Source: Eukaryota sp. GEM-RC1 (lineage: Eukaryota). From it: a stretch of 64,000 bases of DNA. Where the stretch lies: positions 1,054,001-1,118,000 of the forward strand of contig JAUFOQ010000013.1 of NCBI GenBank assembly GCA_040285855.1. Reading direction: 5' to 3'. Under the pieces are notes generated by a model. It searched no databases. It worked only from the letters and a program-made list of their open reading frames with translations, and was not told where the DNA came from. Shown here piece by piece: positions 24,229 to 36,700 of the stretch. A program made the position numbers and the translations under genes. Within the stretch, counting starts at the first letter, position 1. Each line of letters begins with the position of its first letter.

Positions 24229-24843
24229 CAGTGTTACGCCATGACCAAAATATATTTGCCATACGCGTATGGGCGTATGGACGTATGGTAGAATGGCAGA
24301 ATGGCTGACAATGGCCATCATGCCATATCTATCCATATGCAGAATCTTTCCAACATCACTTAACTTCAATTTGTCATCAAATTAGTAAAACAAGTATGCT
24401 CTGTAGAATCGTGTGAAAGAGTTTGAGTACGTACTCATTCATTCACAACAAACGATGAAACAGACTTTTTGAAGTTTTTTCACTTTATAGAACAAAAATA
24501 GTGAGATAAAAACAAAAACAGACTTATAAAGGAGCGCACAAAAAGATGGTTTCTATACAAATCAATGAAACTCAGATCAAAGACATCAAGCAATGGAAGC
24601 AGAGATGGTATCCTGATGGTGCTAATTTTTCCAATGAGATGGACGATGTGGAGGTTTGGTTTTCAATAAAGTATGTGTATCTACATTATGATAAAACCCG
24701 TCATAGAGTATCTGCGTCGAAAAAGTTCAAATAAAGATACATGTAGTCAAAATGTGTATGGCAAAACAGAAAATGCCATACGCGTATGGGCGTATGGACG
24801 TATGGGAGTCCATACGTGTATGGCAAACAATGGCGCAACACTG
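24229..24843. mobile_element. hAT-like MITE with CAGTGTT termini
   Basis: TIR CAGTGTTACGCCAT / ATGGCGCAACACTG; duplicated subterminal block GCCATACGCGTATGGGCGTATGGACGTATGG; flanks AACAAATT and CTAAAATT match only partly. Confidence 0.75.
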
Positions 24844-25048
24844 CTAAAATTCGAGAAACTAAAATGAGCTATTTAATGTTTGACTTTCAAAATGAAAATA
24901 CTGTAAATTGTTTGCCACAAGTATCGTATTTTGACCAGGGGTGAGAAAAAATATATTTACATTGTATTTATTGCAATAAATATCTATTTATTTATGAGGC
25001 AACCTAAATATACAACTAAATACATTATTTGGACATCAAGTTGCTGCA

Positions 25049-25383
25049 TTGAATTCACGAAGACACAATAATATCGTCTTTCAGCCTTTTGCAGTTTCAT
25101 TGTACGGAAATTTCGGTTCTTCTACCAAGGAGTTTTTATATATATTTGAAAATTTGTGTTCAGAACTTGGCAAGAAGTTTAACAGATCGTACTGGAAGAG
25201 TAAATTTGCTTTTTCGATTTTTAGGTCTATGTATAGATATGTTGATTCCATTTTGTCCAAGTTGTTTGGAGGCAACTACTTTTCGGAATTAGGTAGTTCG
25301 TTTGATAATTTGTTTTAATAGTGTTTATCTATTTGTACTTAACTTATTATGTGTTTTTCTCCGCACATAAATCCGTTTTTTTT
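25049..25383 (+). mobile_element. 5'-truncated RLE-type LINE 3' end (SINE-like)
   Basis: Encodes IVFQPFAVSLYGNFG...YWKSKFAFSIF (RLE C-terminus), then a 3' UTR ending CATAAATCCG-T8; near-identical copy at 52055-52384. Confidence 0.8.
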
Positions 25384-26715
25384 ACTAAATACATGTATAC
25401 AAAATGAATAAATATACAAAAGACCAACACGACAATTTTTTGTCGTACGACAAAATATATCATGAGGTCATAAATCTGTGATTGCTGAAGTGCAATCACA
25501 AGTGATTGACAACACTTTCCCACAGCAAAATGGCAGGTAGAATCTCATCTCTGAATGAAGTTAGTGTGTAGAACATCCAAAACAACAGTTGCGAAGAAAC
25601 GTAGTCAGAGATGTATCCCCAAAGAACATCTCCCATGGCAACGTGGAGGAAGTGTTCTGCTTAAACAACTTTTTGGGCTTTGAGATGCCACTAACTAGCT
25701 TGTTATCCAGAAGCATGTGGATTTCGAATTCAGATGTGTTATGGTTACATAGAATGACAGCGAAGTGGTTTATTTGAACTGGACGAAGAAAAGTGCCATA
25801 ACACTCTAGCTATAACCTAGTTTTCTGTTCTTGTCATATGTCTAGCAAGTTCAGGGTCATCATTTCTTCTAGAGCAAGTTCTTCCATTGTGTCATGTTGC
25901 CTCAAAAAGTCCGCAGCTCGTCTTTAGTATCAAACACAAACAAGGGAGGAACAGTTGCTAAGGGGGGACAGACATAAGAAAGACAATTATAGAAGAAGCA
26001 GATTAAAGAACAGGAGGAGATGGAAACTCCAAACGTCATCAAGAATTGTCGTGTTTGTCTTTTGTGCATTTAGTCAGTTTTGTGAATTTATGTTTATTTA
26101 GTTGTATATTTAGGTTGCCTCTTATTTATTTATTGTTCTGTGAGTTACAGACAATATATTTATTGTTGGTCGAAACAATAAACAATATTATTGCAATATA
26201 TTGCAATATATTTAAATACATTGATGTCCTATTTTGTCTGTTTTTACAGTAATACAGTGTGCTATTTTTGAAGAATTATAGTGGAAAGTGATCCATTGGA
26301 GGTTGCTGAGCACGATACAATTCTATCTGAGTCTTCTTTATGTCTGAACATAAGGAAATTGTTACCCACTCCTGTTCAAATCTGTACTTGATACGATTTG
26401 TTCTGCTTAATACGACGGAAATCCAAACTGTTCTGTTGTTGTGCAATTGGAGTTACTCCAAAGAAGTATCTTCAATCAGAGTATTATTCACTACACAATC
26501 TATTGAGCTCCTTTAGGACGATGACGAGTCTGAGTAACATTTGATATATCATAAAAAATGTTAGAGCTGTTCTTGTCTGGTTATTGATACATAGAAACCA
26601 ATTAAAATTAACCAATATTTATTGTTTTCGACAACAATAACAATATATTTATTTCTGTCAAAAACAATAACAATATATTTATTTTTATCGAAAACAATAA
26701 ACAATATATTTATTT

Positions 26716-27288
26716 TTGCAATTTCGATCTGTTCTACATAACGCTGTTCGTGACGTTACTTATGAAATGTTCAAATCCTACAACTATAGTTGTAAAATTG
26801 AACCTCTTCTGAAACATTATAGTGACAATAACGTGTTTGATTCTCGGCGCGGTGACTTAATTGCTCCTTTTCTGGATTCATCTCAAGTTGTGGTTGATTT
26901 TACTACAGTTGACCCTTTTGCAAAAGTCTACCAAGATTCCATACTAAATGATTCGAATGGTCATCTGGAAAAGGCTGAACAGCGAAAGTGTTCAAATTAT
27001 GCGGATGCTTTGCAGAAACTTAATGAAAATCTATATTCTAAGTTTTCTTTTGTTCCATTTGCAATTTCAATTTTTGGCAATATTGGTCCAGCCGGTTTAA
27101 AGTTTTTTAGTGATTTTAGTCTTTTATGTCGTTCTAATGGCAAGGTGTTTAATAGCGCTGTATGGATTAATCGAATTATGTTTGCTCTTTATAGAAGCAT
27201 TCCCAAGTATTTATGTTCCATATATTCGAAGTTGTATAGGGACAATTCTCGAGTTGATGTGGAGAATTTAACTTCTTTCATTTTCTGA
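26716..27288 (+). mobile_element. RLE (restriction-like endonuclease) domain of a CRE-like non-LTR retrotransposon, 5'-truncated
   Basis: LHNAVRD, KIEP, RRGDL, VVDFTTV, AEQRKCSNY, FVPFAISIFG follow the HN / E / RxD / D / K..Y / F.P..G motif order of RLE elements. Confidence 0.85.
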
Positions 27289-28282
27289 ATTAGTATGTAT
27301 TAATTTATTGTTGCAAATAAACTCTTCCTTCATATATTTAAATATATTTTTTCACACCCCTGATTTTGACCAGAACTACATTAGTATATTTGTCGCTTTC
27401 ATCGAAAAAAGTTTTATATAACACATTGTATGGACCCAATTTCAGTTAAAAGCAAAACCTTTACATTTTCTGAATTAGTTGCATTAACTATTTGATACAC
27501 ATAAAGTTTTTTAAGATAACTGTTTTAATCTTCACGGAAAAGATAAATTAAAAAATGACTTTTACTTTAAATTACAAATACAGAATATCAGCAATATTAA
27601 CAAAGGAGATACATGTACTAAGACCTCTACATCATCACAATTTGCCGAAAGATGTGAAAAATCTTGTCCTAACAAGCCAAACGTAAAGAGAAATAGCAAA
27701 AAGATGGAAAACAAATAGATTGTGTCGACGAGAATTCGTCTTGGTAATTGATGCAACATAACGATCTAATTTTTTCCTATCAACATTTTCAAAAACTGAA
27801 TAATTTTCGTCTCAAATTTTATTGACGAAAGTTGAGTTACAAAGATCAACAGTAGTAAAGTCCATAAATATTTCCTGAGAGGGCATCCATAGACCAATCA
27901 AAACTCCTCTACATTAACCTCTTTTGATTGAGTTAGACAAAGTATTGAAAACTGGTTCGATTTTCCCATGAAAACCATTGCTCTTAAACAATTCTAAAGA
28001 TTGATCACGTAAACTGTGGTGTGTGAAGAAAAAAATGAAGTGGAAATTTTCCCTACATCTACAACACAATTCCCCTAGTAAAGAAATGACTTGTAAAAAT
28101 TCAAATTTTACAAGAAAAAGGAGGTCACCAGATCCTCTTGAATTATTTAAGATATTTCAAAACCGTCCACCAAAACAACTAACAGTCCTTAATAAAAATT
28201 CTAGCTATGTAGCAAATACCACATGAATGAGAAAGTAGAGAATTTGATGAGCTATTGTACCTAGATTAATTTAAAAAATAAT

Positions 28283-29591
28283 TCAGAAATAGCAAAAACC
28301 ACGACTCCAAACAAATACTGCAATTACTAGAAAAGAACCATCATGGAAATCCAAAAACTGTTTAAACTGTTGTAAAACAAGTGTAGGATTGTCTTTAGCA
28401 GCAAAATGGCCAGAATTAGAAACAATCAAAAAAGCAAGAAAATCAGACATGTTAATCCAACCTTGATGAATACCATCATAAATGATTGGAACAGCAGAGA
28501 CATTATCCCATTGGTCAAGGCCAGTCAACGAGTTTAAAACTTGTCGCAAGCCAAAACTATTGCACATTAGATCGTACTCCCCCGAATAGATGAAAATTTT
28601 AATTTTCTGTTTTACAATAGACTGTAATATACTTCGATCATCACTACAAGTTGAAGTAGAGAATAAAGACCGACATTTTGAGCTGATTAATGATGAAAGT
28701 CGTTGACCTGACGCATGAAGGTCATTAATGATTGAATTAACGTATGGTACAATCATTGATTCTGGAAATGAATATTTAGAATTTTTAACATGATGAGCTG
28801 AAATATTTAAATTATTTGCAATATTGAGTACTCCATTAACAAAAACTTTAGAAGATGAAGAAATATTTTTAGAAAGGAGATCGAAAACCTCACATTCAAA
28901 ACTTGAAATTTCCCTTGACATGACATTATTTAAAAATCCCATATGACTGTAAAAAGTTCAAAAATGATGATACTTGAACATCACAGGAAATGATTGGATT
29001 TCCAGAAAAAAGTCCATAAATATTAAACTTTTGAGATAATTCCAGTGCTAGACGCGATGTAAATTTGATTCCAAAGGAGCTTCCGCCTAGAATAATTTTT
29101 GAGCTAGAAAACTCAGGAAAACAAGTGATAAATTGGTATAATACATCAACAATAGCTTCAGTAGATCTTGTCAACGATCCATCATTCGAAGTAGAAATCG
29201 ATAAGCCAGTGTCTGCAGGTTGGTCGATGAACAGAATCGGATATTCAGATCCTAAAGAGGAAATCATATGGGGCCGTTGATTTACCAAGTTGAATGGACC
29301 TGTTTCAGAGAAGAGAGCAGAGAAGAGAGAGATACAAGGTCCCCCAGGAAGATATACTATTAGATTGTTTAAGGTGGCAGTAGCAGGAACAGTAAGAAGA
29401 GAAAACACAAGACTATTATTCACTCTAGTATAGAAGGAGTAAGTTGAGATTGAAGAAGTTGAGAGAGGATGGACAAAGGAACGGTGTTTGATGATGTCTG
29501 GTCTTTGGCCAATGTAATCAGTGAGTATGAAGAAATCACAGGAAGCACTGCCAAGCAATAGAGATATGAAGAGAGTGTAAACAAGAAGCAT
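28283..29591 (-). CDS. Serine carboxypeptidase (S10), one apparent indel near 28930-28940
   Basis: Signal peptide; LPGGPC..ETGPF, ILFIDQPADTGLS, GGSSFG (Ser), YSGEYDLMCN (Asp), SGHFAAKDNP (His). Confidence 0.85.
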
Positions 29592-29792
29592 TACTGTACA
29601 TTTAATAGTAAAATAAATTTAAAAACAAAAAACTATTTCTTATAACAAACAGATTTAAAATAAATAACTTACCTCGAGTGAGCACATACTACTGTGAGAG
29701 AAGATGTGAATGACTACTCATTGACTAAAAGAAGTGGTACAAAAAGAAAGCACCACATACATTGTAGATAACTATCCAAGAAGCAGTCAGTT

Positions 29793-30341
29793 TTAGTAAA
29801 TCCACCCTTTAGAAGTGAATTTTTTAGGAGTTGAGGCTATTCGTCGAACCTTGGGCTTGTAGAACCTAGGACTAGGCATTGGAGAACTGGAGCTAAGGGT
29901 GTTTGCTTTGGTGTTTGGAGGAACAGAGGAAGGCCGCAGCGGTGGCTTTGGAGTACGTGGAGGATTGTCTAGAGTCATCGCTGTTGTGAAGCTCTGATGC
30001 AGTGGCCTTGAATGTTGTTGCATTGGACTATATGAGAAAGTGGGTGTGACGGTAAAGTTGGAGTGTGGATTTGATGGTGAAGAGATCCGTGAACGGAGAG
30101 CATTGATTTTCTTATCAATTAATGAATAGTCTGAATTGGATGCTGAAGCTTCGGCGATAAGGTCTTTAAGACAGACCGATGTCATAGCAGGAGGACTGTC
30201 TTCATAAAGAACAGGAGAAATATGTGGAGAAGGAGGAAAGTCGTTGAGAAAAGAAGAATCCTGAGAGTCTATGTGACGGTTTAGAGAGTTATTCAAGTCA
30301 TCAAGCTCCTGTGTCAACTGCTGTAATTCACTAAGGTCCAT
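29793..30341 (-). CDS. Hypothetical Pro/Ser-rich protein with N-terminal coiled coil
   Basis: ~182-aa ORF; no domain recognised. Confidence 0.5.
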   Translation of the reverse strand: MDLSELQQLTQELDDLNNSLNRHIDSQDSSFLNDFPPSPHISPVLYEDSPPAMTSVCLKDLIAEASASNSDYSLIDKKINALRSRISSPSNPHSNFTVTPTFSYSPMQQHSRPLHQSFTTAMTLDNPPRTPKPPLRPSSVPPNTKANTLSSSSPMPSPRFYKPKVRRIASTPKKFTSKGWIY

Positions 30342-30681
30342 CGAAATGGCAGCATCCAATGTTGAGATTGACTGGAAAAAACTAACGTGTCCTGAAAGTG
30401 TTGTAACTTCAAAAACACGTGTCCATCATTGAGCAATTACTTATCGATATTCAGCGAGTGCTACATGTAGTTTGGTGCTTTTGTCTGACTAAAACAAATC
30501 ACTACTTCATTAAACAAGCTGATCGAAACTCCGCTTATTGTAAAGAAAAAAACTGTTTATAGATGAAGGGGGAAAATATATTAGTACATATCAAAATAAA
30601 AGTATATAGAATCTATATGCTTTTATTTTACATATAGGAATTTTCTGTCTATATTATAGACAGAAAATTCATGTTCAACAC

Positions 30682-31544
30682 CAGGAGTGTGAAAACAATA
30701 TTGCTTTTCCAATATTTATTTCCGCTCTTTGAGGTGGAGCAATATTTATTGTTGCACCGGTTAATTATTTCAATATTTCAATATTGTCAATAAACTTCGA
30801 GTTGTTCATTTCGCTGTTTTGCATCACCGTTTGGACTTCTTGTTTCATTGTCATAATGTCTGTCATTTGAGCTCAGCTTGATTGTTTACTGAAGTATAAC
30901 GTGTTCCGAAAAAGTTGGACCGAATAAATCGGTTTTTTGGCACAAATCTCAGCCAAAGCACCAACATTATTTCCCACCATCTTTTTTCGGAGAAAGTTGA
31001 TGTTTTTTTATTTACTATAAAATACCGAAATAAAATGGCGCAATTTCTGAATCTCCTGACAAATACACCAACATTATTTCCCACCATTATTTTGCGGCAC
31101 CATTATTTTTCGGTCCAACATTTTTCGGAACACGTTATTCTTCGTCCATTACATCCCAATTTTGGTGCAACAAATCTTCACTAATTCAACTCAACAGAAC
31201 GACAGAATCCAAGATTCAGTGATGTGATGTCAGATAAAGACAAGAATTGGCCCAAAACAATATTTATTTAGTCAAACTCAGCATAGTTGATCCGAAATTT
31301 TTTTCGAAAAAACACGCAAAAACACCCAAAAGACACATCAAAGACACCGTGTAGACACGCGTGTGAACACCGAAACGGTGTCTTTTAAAAAACACGTGGG
31401 AAATTTCGAACACTGCAATAAATATATTGGTGATCCAATTGTTGACAATAAATTAATAGTATTGTTTACAATGAATAAATACAAAATATATTATAACTTA
31501 TACTAGTACATGTATTTTTTAAAATATATTTTTTAACATCCCTG
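30682..31544. mobile_element. Degenerate hAT-like element (CAGGGGTGTGAAAA family)
   Basis: Ends CAGGAGTGTGAAAACAATATT and AATATATTTTTTAACATCCCTG resemble the TIR of 24936-27362; no TSD match. Confidence 0.45.
30891..31143. mobile_element. MITE with ~35-bp TIR nested in the previous element
   Basis: GAAG(T/A)ATAACGTGTTCCGAAAAA(T)GTTGGACCGAA inverted at both ends; internal direct repeat CACCAACATTATTTCCCACCAT. Confidence 0.75.
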
Positions 31545-31789
31545 GGTATTAGTATCGCATTTGTTTATGTTGATGATAATCTTCACTTTTTATTGTAAAT
31601 AAAAGGCGTTTTTCAAAGAAGACGATAAAATGAAGTCTTTTGTAGGATATTCTACATTCAAAAATGACGGAAATTTTGAAATATCTTATTTCAATTGATG
31701 CTTGTAAATTGCCACTTAAGTTGTCGAATAGGTTCTTTTGGAAAACCAGTATTAAAAACCTAGCAATCGGCCGATAAATCTAGTATAAT

Positions 31790-32704
31790 TTACCCAAGAG
31801 TGAAAAAGGAATGAGCCACCATTCGTTCTTCCAAGGAGTACAAACTCGATACATAAACCTTGGTTACTGTAGAGTTAATCTTCAACGCTTCGGATAAGGC
31901 CATGGCACCTTCATCCTCAAGAAAGTTGTTACTGAGATCAATCTGAGTAATTGTTGAATTAACTTTCAATACATCTGCTAATGCTACAGCTCCTATGGGA
32001 CCAATAGAGTTGGTACTTAAGTCAATATTTGTAATGCTGGAATTGATTTTCAATGCTTCAGCCAAAGCAGTGACACCTTCATCACCAAAAAGATTACCAC
32101 ATAGATTAAGCTCAATAATCGTAGAATTGAACTTCAGAGTTTGAGCCAAAGCTAAGATATTTTCGACAACATTAGATTCTTCAATACCGCTATAAATACT
32201 GTTATGACTGCAGTCAAGAAACTTAAGGCAAGAGAAGGACGAATGACTCATTGAGTTGAGAAAATTAAAATTGTTTAAATAATGTAAATAGTTCTTGTTA
32301 AGTCTCAATCCGGTAACAACATTAGAACGGAAGGGAAGATGCTCAAAATCAGATGATGTGATATTAAGAAAGATCGATTGAACTTCAGCATTGAAGAAAG
32401 AGACAAATGACAATAGCTGGGCAAGGTCAGTGTCATGGACGTAAAAAGAGTTTGATTCAATGAACACTTTGTTCGAAATATGAGTAGTTTTGAAGAAATG
32501 GAGGCTGACAAAACCAACTTTTTGGAACAGACAGAAAAGTTTGAGTCGCATAGACTGTAGATCGTAGTAGTCACCATATGAACGCTTCAACCCTATACCC
32601 GTCATGTGATTGCAGATCTGCACTAATATCGACTCAGGAAAATTGATGGAAGCATATAAAGGAACATCTTGGTAAGATTCTGTGACAGAGTGGTAAGACA
32701 GCAT
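31790..32704 (-). CDS. RNI-like (NLRC3-type) leucine-rich repeat protein
   Basis: 28-aa repeats ALAEALKINSSITNIDLSTNSIGPIGAV and ALADVLKVNSTITQIDLSNNFLEDEGAM. Confidence 0.85.
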   Translation of the reverse strand: MLSYHSVTESYQDVPLYASINFPESILVQICNHMTGIGLKRSYGDYYDLQSMRLKLFCLFQKVGFVSLHFFKTTHISNKVFIESNSFYVHDTDLAQLLSFVSFFNAEVQSIFLNITSSDFEHLPFRSNVVTGLRLNKNYLHYLNNFNFLNSMSHSSFSCLKFLDCSHNSIYSGIEESNVVENILALAQTLKFNSTIIELNLCGNLFGDEGVTALAEALKINSSITNIDLSTNSIGPIGAVALADVLKVNSTITQIDLSNNFLEDEGAMALSEALKINSTVTKVYVSSLYSLEERMVAHSFFTLG

Positions 32705-32802
32705 CTGGTAAAGTTACTACCCTGATGCAGAAGATGAAGACAATGAATTCATTGATGCTGTGAATTTCATTCCAATTGCCCTTTTGAGGAATCACCCTTC
32801 AT

Positions 32803-33416
32803 CAGGCTTCACTAAAGTAGTCCAAAATTCCAAATTAAAGTAAAGTAAAGTAATCTTCTTTACTTTAAGCTTTACTTTACTTCAGCTAAAAAGTTACTTT
32901 AAAGTCAATAAAGTTTGACCTGATCTCAATCCGCTTTTCACAACTTTCTCTCTTCAGTTTTCTTATTCAATTTCCGATCCCATGTACACATGACTTCACT
33001 CAACTCCGAACAACGGATACCAGTGGGTAATGAGTCGAGAGTTATCCAAAACTGAGGAGACACAGCGAATGGTGCATCGGAGATGAACTGGTTTCTGTGT
33101 TTATAGCGGACAATCTCGAACTATCAGATACTGATTGATGCATTGAAGTGACCTGAAGTGACCTGACGTTTGAATAATGGATCTTGGTTGAAAAAGTTTC
33201 TGCAATAAACCACTTTATAGCGTTTTTTTGTTTTGCGTTTTTGTTGAGTATCTATGATAGAACATGTTATACTGGTGTAAGAGAGTTATTTACAGTGCTC
33301 AGAAAGCAAAATAAACAAGTTTGAGGTCTGTTACTTTACTTTTGCAAAACTTTAAAGTAAAGTAAAATAAAGTAAAGTTAAGTCACTTTGGGAATTTATC
33401 ACTTTAGTGAAGCCTG
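32803..33416. mobile_element. hAT-type MITE
   Basis: Perfect 16-bp TIR CAGGCTTCACTAAAGT; 8-bp TSD CCCTTCAT (32795-32802 and 33417-33424); AAAGT/ACTTT subterminal repeats. Confidence 0.93.
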
Positions 33417-33749
33417 CCCTTCATACATTTTCTTGAGCTTAGTTGTATTCTAAAGAGGTTAAATTCAATTAAAATTTTTCTAGTCGAAACTGCTGTAGTA
33501 CATACATGTGGAATTTTTTCGTTTGCTATTTCTGTATTCAGCAGTATTGGTGGAATGACTTGTTTCTTTTTATCTGATTTTGGATCTATGTGTCAGTCTC
33601 AGAATTAGAGATTTAACTTATCAAGTGGGTAAAAGCGTGTTTTTTTTCGTTGTTCCATTCGATGTCTAAGTTCTTTAAATCAATCTATATTTAATTGTAT
33701 TTAAAACTTCAGTTTCTAATTATTAAGAAACCTATTTGAAGCACAAATC

Positions 33750-36700
33750 TCAAACCATAGATGATAATTTCGACTCATCTTCTTCATTAATCAATTCAAT
33801 GTCTTCTACTTCAGAATCTTCCACCACTTCAATTTCTACTTCACTATCAGACAAAACTAAATTGATATCATCTTCCTGAATTGAGCACTCGGAAATTATA
33901 CTGGAGATTAGGGTCCTGTTCCTGATTTGTTGTAATCGTTTTCTTGAAAGCAGTAAGGGTTCTTCACTGACATACAACTTGAAAATTATCGTGAAGAACA
34001 ACAAAAGATTTTGATAGTATGAAGTCAATTTGATTTGAATCACTGCCATGAGCTTCAATAATATTGGTTTAACAAAACAAATGACATCATTTGGTTTTAA
34101 CAATTTGTTTGTTCTTTTGCACAGATATAAATATAAAACAAGGAGTAAACCAACAAAGATTAAAATAATAACAAACCAAAAGAAGAACAAGCTACTACTC
34201 TCTGGAAATACAAACTCAATATGAGTAGAATCTCTAATTTCAATTGTTTGACAGACTATACTTCGTCCTTCACTCGAAGCGCACACTCTGATTGTGCTTG
34301 GGACAGTCTGAAAGAAGATTGGGTGAACTAGGCGATGATGAAGCTTGTTAGCCTCCACTAAAGTACTAGAGATCTCCACATCATTTCCTTGGTGATCAAT
34401 GGCAGAAAAATAAATCGAACATAGATAATCAACATTGACAAGTGAAAGAACTTCCACTTTTGTATCATTTGTATCAAAATTGAAAATAAATGAAGAATTC
34501 AAATGCCCAAAGCTTGAGATATCGATGGTATACTCAGAATTCAAAAACATGACCATTTCGAAAACACCTTCGCTATCAGTGGATAGAAGGAAACGTCATC
34601 ATCAACGTCACCATTGATGATAACCTGTGCACCAGCAACAGTTTCATTGTAGGAATCGAGCACAATTCCAGTGAAGAAAAGATATTCTTTATACTCTAAG
34701 ACCTGGACGGAGAGTGAATCTTCAGTATTGGACGTTGTTTTCAAATCGACAAAGTCTAAGTTGGAGTGTATAACTGGTTGTTCGTATTCGATTAGAATAG
34801 AGCGACTGCTTTCAACAAAAACATTGGAAATTTCATTCTCCGCATCCTCAACAAAATTATGCGAGGAAGTAAAAGCAACGAAGCCACTTAAACTATTCAC
34901 TCTATAACCAAGAGAGAAATAGTGGGGTGGAGACAGTGAGCAAGAAACAATATTCCTATCCCTCGTCCATGAACGAATTAAAGGAGATACTTCAGATTCA
35001 ATGAAAAGACTAGCTTGCCAGAAAACGAATGCTCAAGAGTTTGGACAACAATTTGAGGTATGAACCCATCAGCCCTTACTGCTGCAAAATTAGAACCTGA
35101 CATTGGGCTTCCTTGGAGTCGAACTGTGGGATTAGCAACAGAAGAACGCAGCATCAAATATCCCGGTGTGGACATTGCAAATTCAAGGGAACTCAGATCA
35201 ACCAAACATGAGGAAAATGCAGGTAATGTGATAGATGAGGGTTGGATTGTGAGAATTGGTGTAAAAGAAGCCCAAAACTCATTATGAGAAAAATCATTAC
35301 TCAACGTAAGTGTGAAATGACATGTTTGTAGGGAAAACTCACCTTCAGATGTAAGCACAAACTCCTCATAAGAATTGGTAAAAGCAGTAACTGTTCCTGG
35401 ATCTACGTACAGCCTGTAGCTTATCTTACAACTGAAATCATTGTCTAAGAACGCTAGTTCAGATGTATAGGCTAGAGAAAGAAATAAAGTTTGACCAGAA
35501 GTTAAATGGTACTGTATATGAGGAGGTGGAATAGCTTCAGTTTGACAAGTTCGTTCTAAGAAAGATCGATAATGACAAAAGTAGATAACTAAACCGTCTT
35601 GATAAGTAGGGTTTGAATTAGTTACAGTTAGATAGCCACGTTCAACAGATGAGAAATTGGGAATATCATTAGTAAACGATGAGGAATTAAAGAAGAGTGA
35701 CTGAACATTATCAGGAAACCCAAATGTAACAGTAGATTTGGGAGGAAATTGAAAGGGGAAGAAGCCCCAACCATAGAGGAAGTTGAGAGGAAGAGACAGA
35801 AAATCAGGATTGAAAAGGTATGAAGAACCAACATCTCCTTTTTGAAGAAAGATAATTTGAGTTTGTTGATCATGAACAGCTACTATCGTGGAACCTTCAG
35901 TTACTATGAGACCACCATTGTGAGTCGATCTCTTGTAAGTTTCAATGTTCATCCAAGCTCCAGTAACTAAAACTAGCTGATTTGTAATAGCAGGGAAGAG
36001 AAGAGGATATAGTGGTGCCTTGTAGAACAATCCAGATGAAATCTGTTTGCGACATAGAAGGGAGTGATAGACATATTCACTTTGGAAACAGTCCATGGAT
36101 CGAGTGACAACTAAAGGTGGAAAATATCCAGTTGATGACAAACCGGAAATAGAAATGGATGGAAGTGTTGCATTCACTGTTAGAGTACACGATTCTGATG
36201 TACGAGAGAAAAATCCAAGAAAATCTGAAGACGATGGTACAAGAGTTACCAAACGGGTTCGAGTCCATCCTGAGCCTTCTTCTAAGACAAATGTAGGAAG
36301 CTGAGGAGTTAATATCCCATCCCAAGGAACAATTGTAGAATGAGAGCCTTCGGGACTAGAGGAAGCAGAGGATAGAGCAACAGTTGTGTAGAATTGCACA
36401 ACGCCTAAAACAAACGGTCCCGCAGTGTTGGTGCATCGATATGATAAGGTCACTTGCAGTCGACCATAAGGTGCTTGGGCAGGAAATGAGTATTGGTGTG
36501 ACAAACCAGTTGTAAGAGCGGTAGAAAACTGAGGGAAATCTGTGAGTACAAAGTGATAGTTGACCAGGGGATTACGCACCAAATTGACAATTTCGTATTC
36601 GAAAAACTCGTCAATGGTAGAAATTTGGGGAATAACTTCAACTGTAAAACGGGAATTTGGATCTCGTTCAAACGGAACCAATGGATTTCCAGGATTGAAG

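Larger units (their letters stand above)
24936..27362. mobile_element. hAT-type element carrying decayed transposase-like DNA and two retrotransposon insertions
   Basis: TIR CAGGGGTG(A/T)GAAAAAATATATTT; 8-bp TSD ATTTTGAC (24928-24935 and 27363-27370); ~30-bp AACAATAACAATATATTTATTT repeats at ~26610-26715. Confidence 0.9.

Noticed and set aside
26610..26715. CRISPR-like ~30-bp repeats
   Set aside because: AT-rich tandem subterminal repeats of the enclosing hAT element, with no spacers.
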